Assembly: GCA_042568285.1 (NCBI GenBank)
Contig: JBHPIX010000004.1
Location: forward strand, 1-38,544
Source: Patescibacteria group bacterium
GTDB taxonomy: Bacteria > Patescibacteriota > Patescibacteriia > JAZDEU01
DNA: 38,544 nt
Direction: 5' to 3'
Shown: positions 1-9,371 of the stretch, piece by piece
How the letters are laid out: each line of letters begins with the position of its first letter
How positions within the stretch are numbered: the stretch's first letter is position 1
The notes under the pieces: model-generated
Told to the model about the DNA's origin: nothing
Seen by the model: the letters and a program-made list of their open reading frames with translations, nothing else
Databases searched by the model: none
Position numbers and translations under genes: made by a program

Positions 1-29
1 CCAATATCAAGACATAATATTTCTTGCAT
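1..29 (-). CDS. 5' end of a gene running off the window (MQEILCLDIG...), possibly ASKHA/RNase H-fold (FtsA/PilM/YqgF-like)
   Basis: ATG at 29 on the minus strand; hydrophobic strand followed by LDIG; only about 10 codons visible. Confidence 0.45.
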
Positions 30-121
30 ATATCACTTCTAAATGACAAATTGCACAAATTTTAAAACTCACTGTATTATTTTGTAATTTATTATTTGTG
101 ATTTGTTATTTTTTTAAAATT

Positions 122-162
122 CCTGCCTGCCGCCTGCCTGTCCGGTAGGCAGGGTAGGCACG
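122..162. repeat. Nested CCTG-tagged palindrome (CGCCTGCCTGTCCGGTAGGCAGGGTAGGCA)
   Basis: Same 30-mer core recurs at about 22257-22286; inner hairpin sits inside an outer CCTGCC...GGCA(C/G)G hairpin. Confidence 0.8.
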
Positions 163-287
163 GTAATTTTTATTATTTAACATTTAATTATAGTCCTCTC
201 TACTATAAATAGGCTATCTATTATATTGTATATGATACTCCAAAACAACGAAAAATGCAATTATAGATACTTATCTTGACAGGGGGG

Positions 288-315
288 TTGACATTTATAA
301 ATACTATGATATAAT
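288..315 (+). promoter_or_regulatory. sigma70-type promoter
   Basis: TTGACA (288-293), 16 bp spacer with TG, TATAAT (310-315). Confidence 0.7.
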
Positions 316-456
316 AAAATTATGATATGAATGGACTAAAATATATTACTTAAAAAATCTATAAATATCATACAAAAAATTGTTCACTCCATCTCATTTC
401 TTTCTACTTCTTATTCTTACACCATTGCACCTTTTCAACCTATCTTACTTTAACAC

Positions 457-487
457 AGGGAATTTATTAAAAATTCCCTTTTTTTTT
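457..487 (+). terminator. Intrinsic terminator
   Basis: AGGGAATTT...AAATTCCCT stem followed by a T-run. Confidence 0.7.
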
Positions 488-509
488 GGATAAATTTACA
501 ATATGAAAC

Positions 510-549
510 AAAAAAAAGCCGTTCATCAAGTCATTAACTGTGAACGGCT
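510..549 (-). terminator. Intrinsic terminator of accB
   Basis: AGCCGTTCA...TGAACGGCT stem with a T-run on the minus strand, just after the accB stop. Confidence 0.7.
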
Positions 550-563
550 ATTATTATTTTTTC

Positions 564-1031
564 TTATTTTGCTGGTTTAATTAAGAAAAGATCTGTCCCA
601 TATTGAACAGTATCTCCATTGTTAAGAAAAATTTCCTTAACTGTCCCTGATTTCTCAGCTTCAATTTCATTCATTAATTTCATTGCTTCAATAATACATA
701 AAATATCTCCTTTTTTGACTACCGTTCCTTCTATCACAAAAGGAGATTTATCAGGATCTGCTGATCTATAAAATGTTCCAACTAATGGAGCTTTGATAAT
801 ATTTCCTTCATCTTCTTTTTTTCTTTCCAGAATAACTTTCGATTCACCTTCTTGGCGCTCTGTCTGTTCTGGAATTTGTCCTTTTTGTATAAGAAACGGA
901 CTTTTTTTAATGACCTTAATGCGAATGCCTGAAAATTCAATCTCCACGCTATTAGCGCTATTTTTTTCAATTAACTTTAAAATTTCTTTTACTTGCTTGA
1001 TTTCCACTTTTTCCCACTTTTTATTTTCCAT
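564..1031 (-). CDS. accB: Acetyl-CoA carboxylase biotin carboxyl carrier protein
   Basis: [12 protein letters not shown] and EAMKLMNEI biotinylation motif; AAGGAG SD. Confidence 0.92.
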   Translation of the reverse strand: MENKKWEKVEIKQVKEILKLIEKNSANSVEIEFSGIRIKVIKKSPFLIQKGQIPEQTERQEGESKVILERKKEDEGNIIKAPLVGTFYRSADPDKSPFVIEGTVVKKGDILCIIEAMKLMNEIEAEKSGTVKEIFLNNGDTVQYGTDLFLIKPAK

Positions 1032-1195
1032 CTTCTTTTTCTCCTTTTTATTTTTAATAATACACTATTTTTTCTTTTTATCAAGACATTATGAGAATCA
1101 AATGCGCATTTCAAAATTAACGGGATTAAAAACTGCATAAAAAAGGAGCTTACAAATAGCAAGCCCCCGTTTAAGATAGTTTTAAATATCTCATT

Positions 1196-1459
1196 TTACA
1201 TCATTTTGATAACTTTAGTATCTAAAGGGAAATAAAACTTTTTGATTTTTTGTTTTATTTTTTTCCCTCCTTCAAACACGACTAAGTGGCTCTTTTGACC
1301 ATTAGTTAAAAGAACATTATAATCACTACTCATTTCTATTTTCTTAAAAATAGCGCTACCCAAAGTATGGACATTTATTTTTTTGCCTTGCCATATTGCA
1401 TCGTTATATTGATTAAATAAAATAAACTTCTCTTTGTTCATCAATTCCTTTAATTTCAT
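1196..1459 (-). CDS. Hypothetical protein (87 aa)
   Basis: ORF with strong GGGAGGG SD, upstream TTGACT promoter and downstream terminator hairpin (about 1141-1168). Confidence 0.6.
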   Translation of the reverse strand: MKLKELMNKEKFILFNQYNDAIWQGKKINVHTLGSAIFKKIEMSSDYNVLLTNGQKSHLVVFEGGKKIKQKIKKFYFPLDTKVIKMM

Positions 1460-1659
1460 TTTCTTCCCTCCCTTTAACTATCAATGATTAAATTGTTTAT
1501 GTGCAAAATTAACATTTTTTACATTACTATAAAATTAAGATTTAGTCAACCTGCTACGGACACCGCCACTACTAGATTTTTTTAAATATATCTGATACAA
1601 TGAAAATAGATGGATTTACATAATATCTCTGTTATTGTTGTTATAGCTAAATACTTACT

Positions 1660-1736
1660 GACCGCTTAGCTCAGTTGGTTAGAGCGTTACGTTGACATCG
1701 TAAAGGTCAGTGGTTCAAATCCACTAGCGGTCACCA
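1660..1736 (+). tRNA. tRNA-Val(GAC)
   Basis: GACCGCT/AGCGGTC acceptor stem, TTACG-TTGACAT-CGTAA anticodon arm, GGTTCAAATCC T-arm, encoded CCA. Confidence 0.96.
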
Positions 1737-1743
1737 GAAAGCA

Positions 1744-1887
1744 AATTACAAATTTTATCCGCCAAATCGGCGGATTAAAACAATAACAAATTTATAAATA
1801 ACAAAACAATGCAACGATTTTTGAAATTTGTAATTTAATATTTAATATTTTTTTAATCCGCCGATTTGGCGGATAAAATTTGTAATT
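1744..1887. repeat. 144-bp element with perfect 37-bp inverted repeats, each carrying an ATCCGCC-AAATC-GGCGGAT hairpin
   Basis: 1744-1780 is the reverse complement of 1851-1887; a third arm lies at 7389-7423. Confidence 0.85.
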
Positions 1888-1897
1888 ATTAACCCAT

Positions 1898-3052
1898 ATG
1901 CCTCCAAAAAAGAAAATTTTAGCAGTAAATATTTCTCATCAATTTTATAAAAAAATAGCCATAAACTTTTTTGTTATTAGCATAATATTGTTTATGGTAA
2001 TATTTTTCTTTACATATAAAAAAGCTGAAATAAAAGTTTGGCCTAATTATGAATTAGGTAATACTGAATTTATGGTTGATATTAAAGAAAATCCAGAAAA
2101 AGAAGATGAACTAAAAGGAAGAATTCTTCAAGCAACCATTGAAAACATTTTAGAGCATCATACAGAAAGCGAGATAGAAGAAACGTTAGATGAAATAACA
2201 GCTAAAATTACAGTCGTCAATGAACATTCAGTAAATCAAAAATTAGTGGCGACAACAAGATTTTTAACTGATAATGGAGAGCTATTTCGTCTTAAAAAAT
2301 ATATTGAAGCGCCTGCTAATGGGCAAGTTGAAGCGGAAATTTATGCTGATGATCCGAAACAAATAATAAAAGAAATACCAGAAGGACAATTAACAATCCC
2401 TGGATTAAGAAAAGCGTTGCAATCAAAAATTTATGGTAAAATTATAAACACAATTAAACCAAATACTGGAAAAGTAAAAATAATCAAAGAAGATGACATA
2501 GAAAGAGCAAAAAATGAAGCTTCTGAAGACTTATCAAAAAGAGCCATAATACAATTCGCAAAAGAAATTAAATCTGGAGAAAAAATTCTACCTAAAAGCA
2601 TAAATAAAGAAATTCTAGAATTTAAAATAGATAAAAAAATTGGAGAAAAAACAGCGACATTTAATTCTCAATCAAAAGTAATATTTACAGCTGTTATATT
2701 TGATGAAGATGAATTATTATCGCTCGGGAAGCATCATTTAGAGCAGTCTATTGCTGACGACAAACAATTATTAGAGATAAAAGAAGACGGATTATTATAC
2801 TTTATAGAAAAATATGACCTAGAAAGTAATACAGCTAATATAAAAGTTTCTTTGACAGGTAAAGTGGCAATTAATGAAAAACATAAAAAACTAAATAAAG
2901 AAAATATCTCTGGGATGGATAAAGAAGAGGCTTTAATATATTTTAAAACAGTTAAAGAAATAAAAAAAATAGAAATAATCACTAGCCCTTCATGGTGGAG
3001 CAGGTTACCAAGATTAGAAAGCGGAATAACTATAGAAATAATTAAAAATTAA
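1898..3052 (+). CDS. Hypothetical membrane-anchored protein (possibly baseplate-J-like repeats)
   Basis: 384-aa ORF, N-terminal TM helix, QKLVATTRF and TIPGL motifs. Confidence 0.7.
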   Translation: MPPKKKILAVNISHQFYKKIAINFFVISIILFMVIFFFTYKKAEIKVWPNYELGNTEFMVDIKENPEKEDELKGRILQATIENILEHHTESEIEETLDEITAKITVVNEHSVNQKLVATTRFLTDNGELFRLKKYIEAPANGQVEAEIYADDPKQIIKEIPEGQLTIPGLRKALQSKIYGKIINTIKPNTGKVKIIKEDDIERAKNEASEDLSKRAIIQFAKEIKSGEKILPKSINKEILEFKIDKKIGEKTATFNSQSKVIFTAVIFDEDELLSLGKHHLEQSIADDKQLLEIKEDGLLYFIEKYDLESNTANIKVSLTGKVAINEKHKKLNKENISGMDKEEALIYFKTVKEIKKIEIITSPSWWSRLPRLESGITIEIIKN

Positions 3053-3057
3053 ATAAT

Positions 3058-3708
3058 ATGCAGATATTTTACCTTGGACATTCATGTTTTAAACTACAAA
3101 ATAATAATGTAACCTTAATAACCGACCCTTTTGATAAAACCGTTGGATTAAAAGTTCCGAATATAATTGCTGATATTGCTACAGTAAGCCACGAACATAA
3201 AGATCACAATAATACATCCGCTGTGAAATGTAATGAAGTCAACCCATTTGTCATAAATATGCCAGGCGAATATGAAGTTAAAGGAGTTTTTGTCTATGGA
3301 ATACCTTGTTATCATGACGATAAAAATGGAGAAGAAAGGGGTTTAAATACTATATATAGAATAGAAATGGATGGTGTAAATATATGTCATCTTGGAGATT
3401 TAGGGCACCTGCTAACTGATGCGGAACTATCAAAAATTGGCAACATAGATGTTTTAATGATACCTGTTGGCGGGAAATTTACGATTGGAGCAAAAGAAGC
3501 AAGCGCGATAATAAATCAAATGGAGCCAAGAATTGTTATTCCTATGCATTACAAAATGAATAAAACAAGTAGTAGCTTAGGACTAGATTCAATTGAACCA
3601 TTTTTAAAGGAAATGGGAATCTCCAATCCAGAAATAACAACAAAATTAAAAATATCTAAAAAAGATTTACCGCAAGGAGCAATGGAAATAGTAGTTATGG
3701 GCGAATAA
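3058..3708 (+). CDS. MBL-fold metallo-hydrolase
   Basis: LGHSCF, SHEHKDH, HLGD and IPMHY motifs. Confidence 0.9.
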   Translation: MQIFYLGHSCFKLQNNNVTLITDPFDKTVGLKVPNIIADIATVSHEHKDHNNTSAVKCNEVNPFVINMPGEYEVKGVFVYGIPCYHDDKNGEERGLNTIYRIEMDGVNICHLGDLGHLLTDAELSKIGNIDVLMIPVGGKFTIGAKEASAIINQMEPRIVIPMHYKMNKTSSSLGLDSIEPFLKEMGISNPEITTKLKISKKDLPQGAMEIVVMGE

Positions 3709-3749
3709 TTTCAGGTTATATAAAAATATTTTTCGCAGTATAAAACTTT

Positions 3750-4241
3750 ATGGAAAAAAATAAAAAAGAATTTAATATCCCAATAAAAGTCTGTACAGAC
3801 AAGACCACTAATAGAAACCTTGCACATTCTTCAACGAATGCATCTGGCAATTTTAATAATAAATCATCTAACCAAAAAAACTGGCTTTTAAAAAAAGATG
3901 AGCAAACAAGAAAAAAAGCTATGTGGATAATCATAGGATGCTTTATGGCATTAGTAGTCCCTATATGGATCATTTTTTTACAAGAGACTGTAAACATAGA
4001 AAAATTATCAGCCAATGCGCAGAATAATGAAGAATATTGGGCATCTTTAAAAAATAATTTAGATGAATCAATAAAAAATATAAATGATGGAATAGCGAAT
4101 TTTAATAAACAAAAAAAAGTTGACGATGCAGATTATGCAAATGCTAACGAACCAGCTAATGTTGAAGCTGTGTATGAAAAAATTAAAATTGATGATGAAA
4201 AAATTGAGCAGTTAAAAGAACGACTGATGGAGAAAGAATAA
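3750..4241 (+). CDS. Hypothetical single-pass membrane protein
   Basis: 163-aa ORF with one hydrophobic helix, co-directional between MBL gene and gyrA. Confidence 0.7.
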   Translation: MEKNKKEFNIPIKVCTDKTTNRNLAHSSTNASGNFNNKSSNQKNWLLKKDEQTRKKAMWIIIGCFMALVVPIWIIFLQETVNIEKLSANAQNNEEYWASLKNNLDESIKNINDGIANFNKQKKVDDADYANANEPANVEAVYEKIKIDDEKIEQLKERLMEKE

Positions 4242-4274
4242 CATAAACATACACCACATTTCACTTTACAGACT

Positions 4275-4298
4275 GGGCGGTTCACGAACCGCCTCTAC
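4275..4298 (-). repeat. GTAG-type REP-like palindrome
   Basis: Minus strand GTAGAGGCGGTTCGTGAACCGCCC. Confidence 0.6.
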
Positions 4299-4319
4299 GA
4301 CTTTATAAACTAATACACT

Positions 4320-6788
4320 ATGAAACAAGATAAACTAATAGAAATGACTAATGCGGGAAAAATGGAAAAATGCAATATAACAAAAGAGATGGAAGTCTCT
4401 TATTTGGACTACGCAATGTCTGTTATAGTAAGTCGCGCGCTTCCTGATGTGCGAGATGGACTGAAGCCAGTTCATAGAAGAATTTTATACGCGATGTGGT
4501 CTATTGGATTAAGAGCAAATGCTAAATTTAGAAAATCAGCGAATGTAGTCGGAGAAGTTTTAGGTAAATACCATCCTCATGGAGATACAGCTGTTTATGA
4601 TTCAATGGTAAGAATGGCGCAACCATTTTCAATGCGATATATGCTTGTTAACGGGCAAGGTAATTTTGGATCAATGGATGGAGATTCTGCGGCCGCTATG
4701 AGATATACAGAAGCTAAACTATCCACAATTTCAGAAGAACTGCTATATGACATTGATAGAGATACTGTAAATTTTATACCAAATTATGACGGTAGCCAGA
4801 GAGAACCAACCGTCCTTCCAGCAAAACTTCCTAATCTGCTGTTAAACGGAACAATGGGTATAGCTGTGGGCATGGCAACTAATATACCTCCTCATAACTT
4901 AACTGAATTATGCGAAGGCATAACATACCTTATTGACAACCCAACTTGCGATATAAACGATTTAATGAAATTTATTAAAGGTCCAGACTTCCCTACTGGA
5001 GGAATTATCTATAATATGCCTGACATAAAACAAGCTTATGCTACTGGCAAAGGCGGGGTTGTTATGCGCGCAAAAACTGAAATTCAAGAAACAAAATCTG
5101 GGGCTTTCCAAATAATTATTACAGAAGTTCCATACCAAGTTAATAAAGCGACATTATTAGAAAAAATTGCAAATTTAGTAAAAGAAAAAAAAATAGAAGG
5201 TATTAAAGATTTACGAGATGAATCAAACAAAGAAGGCGTTAGAGTTGTTATTGAGCTAAAAAAAGACTGCTATCCACAAAAAATACTGAATAAATTATTT
5301 AAACTTACTTCATTGCAATGCAATTTTTATTTCAATATGCTTGCGTTAGTAGATTCTATACAACCAAGAATACTAACATTAAAAATAATTCTAGAAAAAT
5401 ATATTGAACATAGAAAAGAAATAATTATTAGACGCACGGCATTTGAATTAGCTAAAGCAAAGGAACGAGCGCACATCTTAGAAGGATTAAAAATAGCTTT
5501 GGACAATATAGACAAAATAATAGATACTATTAAAAAATCCAAAGACAAAGAGGAAGCTAAGATTAATTTAATAAAAAAATTCAAATTATCAGAACGACAA
5601 TCAATAGCTATCCTAGAAATGAAACTGCAAAATTTAGCTAATTTAGAACGACTTAAAATAGAGGAGGAATTAAAAGAAAAGAAAAAACTAATAAAAGAAC
5701 TTGAAAGTATTCTAGCGTCCAAAAATAAAATATTAGGTATAATAAAAACTGAATTAACTGAAATAAAAGAAAAATATGGGGACGAAAGGCGAACAAAAAT
5801 TATATCTAGGGCAGTTGGAGAATTTTCTCAGGAAGATTTAGTTCCAAATGAATCAATGGTTACTGTAATTACAAAAGCAGGATACATAAAACGGCTTCCT
5901 CCTGAAACTTTTAAAACACAAGCTCGCGGAGGAAAAGGTATAATTGGTTTAACAACAAAAGAAGAAGATATAGTTGATCACTTCTTCACCGCAACAACTC
6001 ACACAGATATTTTATTTCTTACAACTAGAGGAAGGGTATATAAAATGAAAGGATATGACATACCTAGTTCATCAAGAACAGCTAAAGGACAAGCTATTGT
6101 TAACTTCTTAAATCTAGCTGGAGGAGAAACTGTATCTGCTGTAATGCCATTAGATGATATAAAAGAATATAAATATTTGGCTATGGTCACAGAATTAGGA
6201 ATTATAAAAAAAGTTAATATTTCTGATTTTGACAATATTAGAAGTAATGGGCTAATTGCAATAAAAATAAGACCTAATGACGCGCTTAAATGGGTAAAAG
6301 TAACTACTGGTAAAGATGACATTATTTTAGCCAGCTCGCAAGGTCAATCCATAAGATTTAAAGAAAAAAATATTAGAGCTATGGGAAGAAATGCTTCTGG
6401 CGTTAAGGCAATTAGGTTAAAAAAGGATGATAAAGTGGTTGGAATGGATGTAATAACTTCAGATTTAAAGGAAACAACCTTTGATTTAGCAGTAGTCATG
6501 GAAAATGGCTATGGTAAAAGAACAAATTTAAAAAATTATAAAATACAAGGCCGAGGAGGATCTGGAATAAAAACAGCTAAAATAACATCTAAAACTGGCA
6601 AAATTGTGGCTAGTTTTATAATTAACAATAAAAGCGTTGAAGAAGATTTGATTATTATTTCGACTAATGGTCAAGTTATAAGATTACCAATAAAAACCGT
6701 AAATACTTCTGGCAGAGCTACTCAAGGAGTAAGATTGATGAGATTTAAGGCAAAAAATGATAAAGTAGCTAATGTTACTTTTATATAG
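4320..6788 (+). CDS. gyrA: DNA gyrase subunit A
   Basis: YHPHGD, AAMRYTE active-site Tyr, GyrA-box QARGGKG, beta-pinwheel repeats. Confidence 0.98.
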   Translation: MKQDKLIEMTNAGKMEKCNITKEMEVSYLDYAMSVIVSRALPDVRDGLKPVHRRILYAMWSIGLRANAKFRKSANVVGEVLGKYHPHGDTAVYDSMVRMAQPFSMRYMLVNGQGNFGSMDGDSAAAMRYTEAKLSTISEELLYDIDRDTVNFIPNYDGSQREPTVLPAKLPNLLLNGTMGIAVGMATNIPPHNLTELCEGITYLIDNPTCDINDLMKFIKGPDFPTGGIIYNMPDIKQAYATGKGGVVMRAKTEIQETKSGAFQIIITEVPYQVNKATLLEKIANLVKEKKIEGIKDLRDESNKEGVRVVIELKKDCYPQKILNKLFKLTSLQCNFYFNMLALVDSIQPRILTLKIILEKYIEHRKEIIIRRTAFELAKAKERAHILEGLKIALDNIDKIIDTIKKSKDKEEAKINLIKKFKLSERQSIAILEMKLQNLANLERLKIEEELKEKKKLIKELESILASKNKILGIIKTELTEIKEKYGDERRTKIISRAVGEFSQEDLVPNESMVTVITKAGYIKRLPPETFKTQARGGKGIIGLTTKEEDIVDHFFTATTHTDILFLTTRGRVYKMKGYDIPSSSRTAKGQAIVNFLNLAGGETVSAVMPLDDIKEYKYLAMVTELGIIKKVNISDFDNIRSNGLIAIKIRPNDALKWVKVTTGKDDIILASSQGQSIRFKEKNIRAMGRNASGVKAIRLKKDDKVVGMDVITSDLKETTFDLAVVMENGYGKRTNLKNYKIQGRGGSGIKTAKITSKTGKIVASFIINNKSVEEDLIIISTNGQVIRLPIKTVNTSGRATQGVRLMRFKAKNDKVANVTFI

Positions 6789-6797
6789 CGCCTAACC

Positions 6798-6845
6798 TGT
6801 GGATAAATAAATATTTTTTCTATATTAAAAAATACCTGTGGATAA
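6798..6845. promoter_or_regulatory. Two perfect DnaA boxes
   Basis: TGTGGATAA at 6798-6806 and 6837-6845. Confidence 0.7.
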
Positions 6846-6930
6846 CTGTCAATACTCCAATTGTTTAAAAATTAAAATTTCAGCTAGAATAAGCCAAAAA
6901 TACACAATTCAAACTTATACACTTAACCTA

Positions 6931-6959
6931 TTGACTTGATTAAAAAACTATGCTATACT
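6931..6959 (+). promoter_or_regulatory. Strong sigma70-type promoter followed by boxA-like TGTTCTTTG
   Basis: TTGACT-17 bp-TATACT with TG extension; TGTTCTTTG at 6972-6980. Confidence 0.7.
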
Positions 6960-6964
6960 TATAA

Positions 6965-7232
6965 AGTAAGTTGTTCTTTGTTCAAAATATACAAATTTTT
7001 TTAACTATTTTTAAAAAAATAAAAACAAAAAATAAAATAGGTAAATTCTTTTATATTAAAGAAAATACCAAAAAATAGTTAAAAAAACGTCAAAAAAACG
7101 TTTTGAATAATTATCTTCATAATCTTCTAATAAAAATATATTGAAGAATATGAAGTAAATTTAAAACGACCAAGACGCTAAACGGCCTATTAATTAATTA
7201 TATAATATGAGGCGCCAGTTGGCGTCTTTTTA
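6965..7232 (+). ncRNA. Candidate structured non-coding RNA (unassigned)
   Basis: Promoter, long interrupted rod 6978-7110, hairpin 7115-7155, GC hairpin plus T-run 7172-7232; no ORF of 60 aa or more. Confidence 0.4.
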
Positions 7233-7269
7233 TTTGGGTTAAAAAATTACTGAATAAACTAACCGTCCC

Positions 7270-7297
7270 TTGCAAAATTAGAAAAAATTGGTATAAT
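7270..7297 (+). promoter_or_regulatory. sigma70-type promoter upstream of tRNA-Gly/nusA
   Basis: TTGCAA-16 bp-TATAAT with TG extension. Confidence 0.65.
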
Positions 7298-7620
7298 ACA
7301 AGTATCCAGTCAAAAGGAGTCATACACGATATATGGGCTACTTATTATAATAATTTGATTGAGTGACTTTAATAAAATTTACAATGAGAAATTTTATCCG
7401 CCAAATCGGCGGATTAAAACAATTTTAAATAACAAATAATAAATTTTTCAAAATCGCAATATTTATTACATATTAACGCATAAAGTACTAATAATATAAA
7501 TATAATTAAAAATATTTTAAAAGAATTATTATCAGTTTAATGTTTGGTTATTTAAGATTTAAGATTTAATATTTAATATTTTTTTAAAATTTAAAATTTG
7601 TCATTGAAAATTTGTTCCCT

Positions 7621-7692
7621 GCGGGTATCGTATAGTGGCTATTATACGTCCTTGCCAAGGATGAGATACGGGTTCAATTCCCGTTACCCGCT
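7621..7692 (+). tRNA. tRNA-Gly(GCC)
   Basis: GCGGGTA/TACCCGC acceptor, CGTCC-TTGCCAA-GGATG anticodon arm, GGTTCAATTCC; CCA not encoded. Confidence 0.95.
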
Positions 7693-7745
7693 CTGACTCA
7701 AGAAAACAAAAAAGCAAGAAAACAAGAAAACAAGATATTTACGCT

Positions 7746-7777
7746 TCCCCCCTTAATAAGGGGGGACTAAGGTGGGT
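7746..7777. repeat. C6-TTWATAA-G6 palindromic repeat
   Basis: TCCCCCCTTAATAAGGGGGGA; relatives at 25361-25424, 25445-25480 and 37573-37631. Confidence 0.75.
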
Positions 7778-7831
7778 TTTGTTTTTTAGGGGCTAAAACG
7801 CCATACATCTTCTTGTTTCTTTTAAATAAAT

Positions 7832-9121
7832 ATGGATAAAGAATTATCAAATGCAATGCAACAAATATGCGACGAAAAAGGTCTTTCAATGGAATCTGTT
7901 ATAGAAACTATTGAAGCTGCTCTTGCTGCCGCTTACAGGAAAGACTATGGAGAAAAAAATCAAAACATAAAAATTAATTTTGATTTAACAACAGGTGGGT
8001 TTGAAGTATATGATGAAAAAACTGTTGTTGATAAACCTATTGAAATAGAAGAAGAAAAAGACTCAGAAAAAGAAAATAATAACAAAAAAAAGATATCTAA
8101 TACTAGCGAAGGACAAGCAGATAAAATTTTGAGATTTAACCCTAAAACAGATATCCAAATTGCTGACGCAAAAAAAATAAAAAAAGACGCTAAACTAGAT
8201 GAAATTATTAAACTACCACTAAAACCGCATGATGAATTTGGGAGAATGGCTTCACAAACCGCAAAACAAGTAATTATTCAAAAATTAAGAGAAGCAGAAA
8301 GACAAACATTATATGAAAATTTCAAGAAAAAAGAAAAAGAAATTTTAATAGGCGTTATCCAAAGAAAAGAAGGAAAAAATTGGATAGTTGATATAAGCAA
8401 AGCTACTGCTATACTACCTCAATCAGAATCAATAGCGTCAGAAGACTATAAAATAGGATCAAAAATGAAATTTTACATTGCATCAGTGGAATATGCGGCT
8501 AAAGGTCCCGAAATTATTCTATCTAGAATACATCCAGAAATTTTAAAAAAACTTTTTGTATTAGAAATACCTGAAATAGCCTCTGATGTAGTTGAAATAA
8601 AAGCGATTGCGCGAGAAGCTGGCTCTAGATCAAAAATTGCTGTAATAGCAAAAGAAGAAAATATTGATCCAATAGGAGCATGCGTAGGACAGAGAGGCGC
8701 TAGAATACAGACTATAATAAATGAATTGGGTGGCGAAAAAGTTGACATAATTGAGTATGATGAAGATATAAATAAATTCATTACAAACGCTTTGTCGCCA
8801 GCAAAAATATTAAAAGTCAACATAGATGAAGCGCGCTATATTGCAAAAGTATTAGTGAATGAAGATCAGCTTTCTTTAGCAATAGGAAAAGCTGGACAAA
8901 ATGTTCGCTTAGCAGCCAAATTAACTGGCTGGAAAATAAACATAAAAAGCGCTTCTGGCGAAGAATTTTCAACAAACGCGACTGACAAAAAGGCAGATGA
9001 AAAAAGTAAAGAAGAAATAAGACCTGATAAAAAAAATAAAGAAATAAAAAAATCTAAAAAAGAAACAACAGACAAAAAAAAGAAAACTAAAAAACCAAAA
9101 AAAGAAAAAAAGAAAAAATAA
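7832..9121 (+). CDS. nusA: Transcription termination factor NusA
   Basis: FGRMASQTAKQV, AREAGSRSKIAV, LSLAIGKAGQNVRLAAKLTGW; Lys-rich tail. Confidence 0.97.
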   Translation: MDKELSNAMQQICDEKGLSMESVIETIEAALAAAYRKDYGEKNQNIKINFDLTTGGFEVYDEKTVVDKPIEIEEEKDSEKENNNKKKISNTSEGQADKILRFNPKTDIQIADAKKIKKDAKLDEIIKLPLKPHDEFGRMASQTAKQVIIQKLREAERQTLYENFKKKEKEILIGVIQRKEGKNWIVDISKATAILPQSESIASEDYKIGSKMKFYIASVEYAAKGPEIILSRIHPEILKKLFVLEIPEIASDVVEIKAIAREAGSRSKIAVIAKEENIDPIGACVGQRGARIQTIINELGGEKVDIIEYDEDINKFITNALSPAKILKVNIDEARYIAKVLVNEDQLSLAIGKAGQNVRLAAKLTGWKINIKSASGEEFSTNATDKKADEKSKEEIRPDKKNKEIKKSKKETTDKKKKTKKPKKEKKKK

Positions 9122-9147
9122 TACTAAAAATAAGAAAAAATAAAATA

Positions 9148-9177
9148 AAAACACCCTGTAATATATAGGGTGTTTTT
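9148..9177. terminator. Bidirectional terminator
   Basis: AAAACACCCT...AGGGTGTTTTT between convergent genes. Confidence 0.75.
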
Positions 9178-9201
9178 AAATTATACCTAAAACATTCTAA
9201 G

Positions 9202-9346
9202 TGTCATCCCGCACTTGATGCGGGATCTAGGATAAAACCATTAGTATTATTTTACTTAATTAATCCTTTATAAATACACATCTGAAGTTCTTAATTCTGG
9301 ATTCCGTGTCAAGCCCGCCGAATAGGCGGGCAAGCACGGAATGACA
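9202..9346. repeat. TGTCA-tagged paired palindromic element (REPIN/RPE-like)
   Basis: TGTCATCCCGCACTTGATGCGGGATC ... GGATTCCGTGTCAAGC[insert]ACGGAATGACA. Confidence 0.85.
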
Positions 9347-9371
9347 AAATGGGTGTAATTTAAAGTAATAC

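Noticed and set aside
1898-3052. Phage baseplate gene indicating a prophage
   Set aside because: Membrane-anchored, in a housekeeping context, with no other phage genes.
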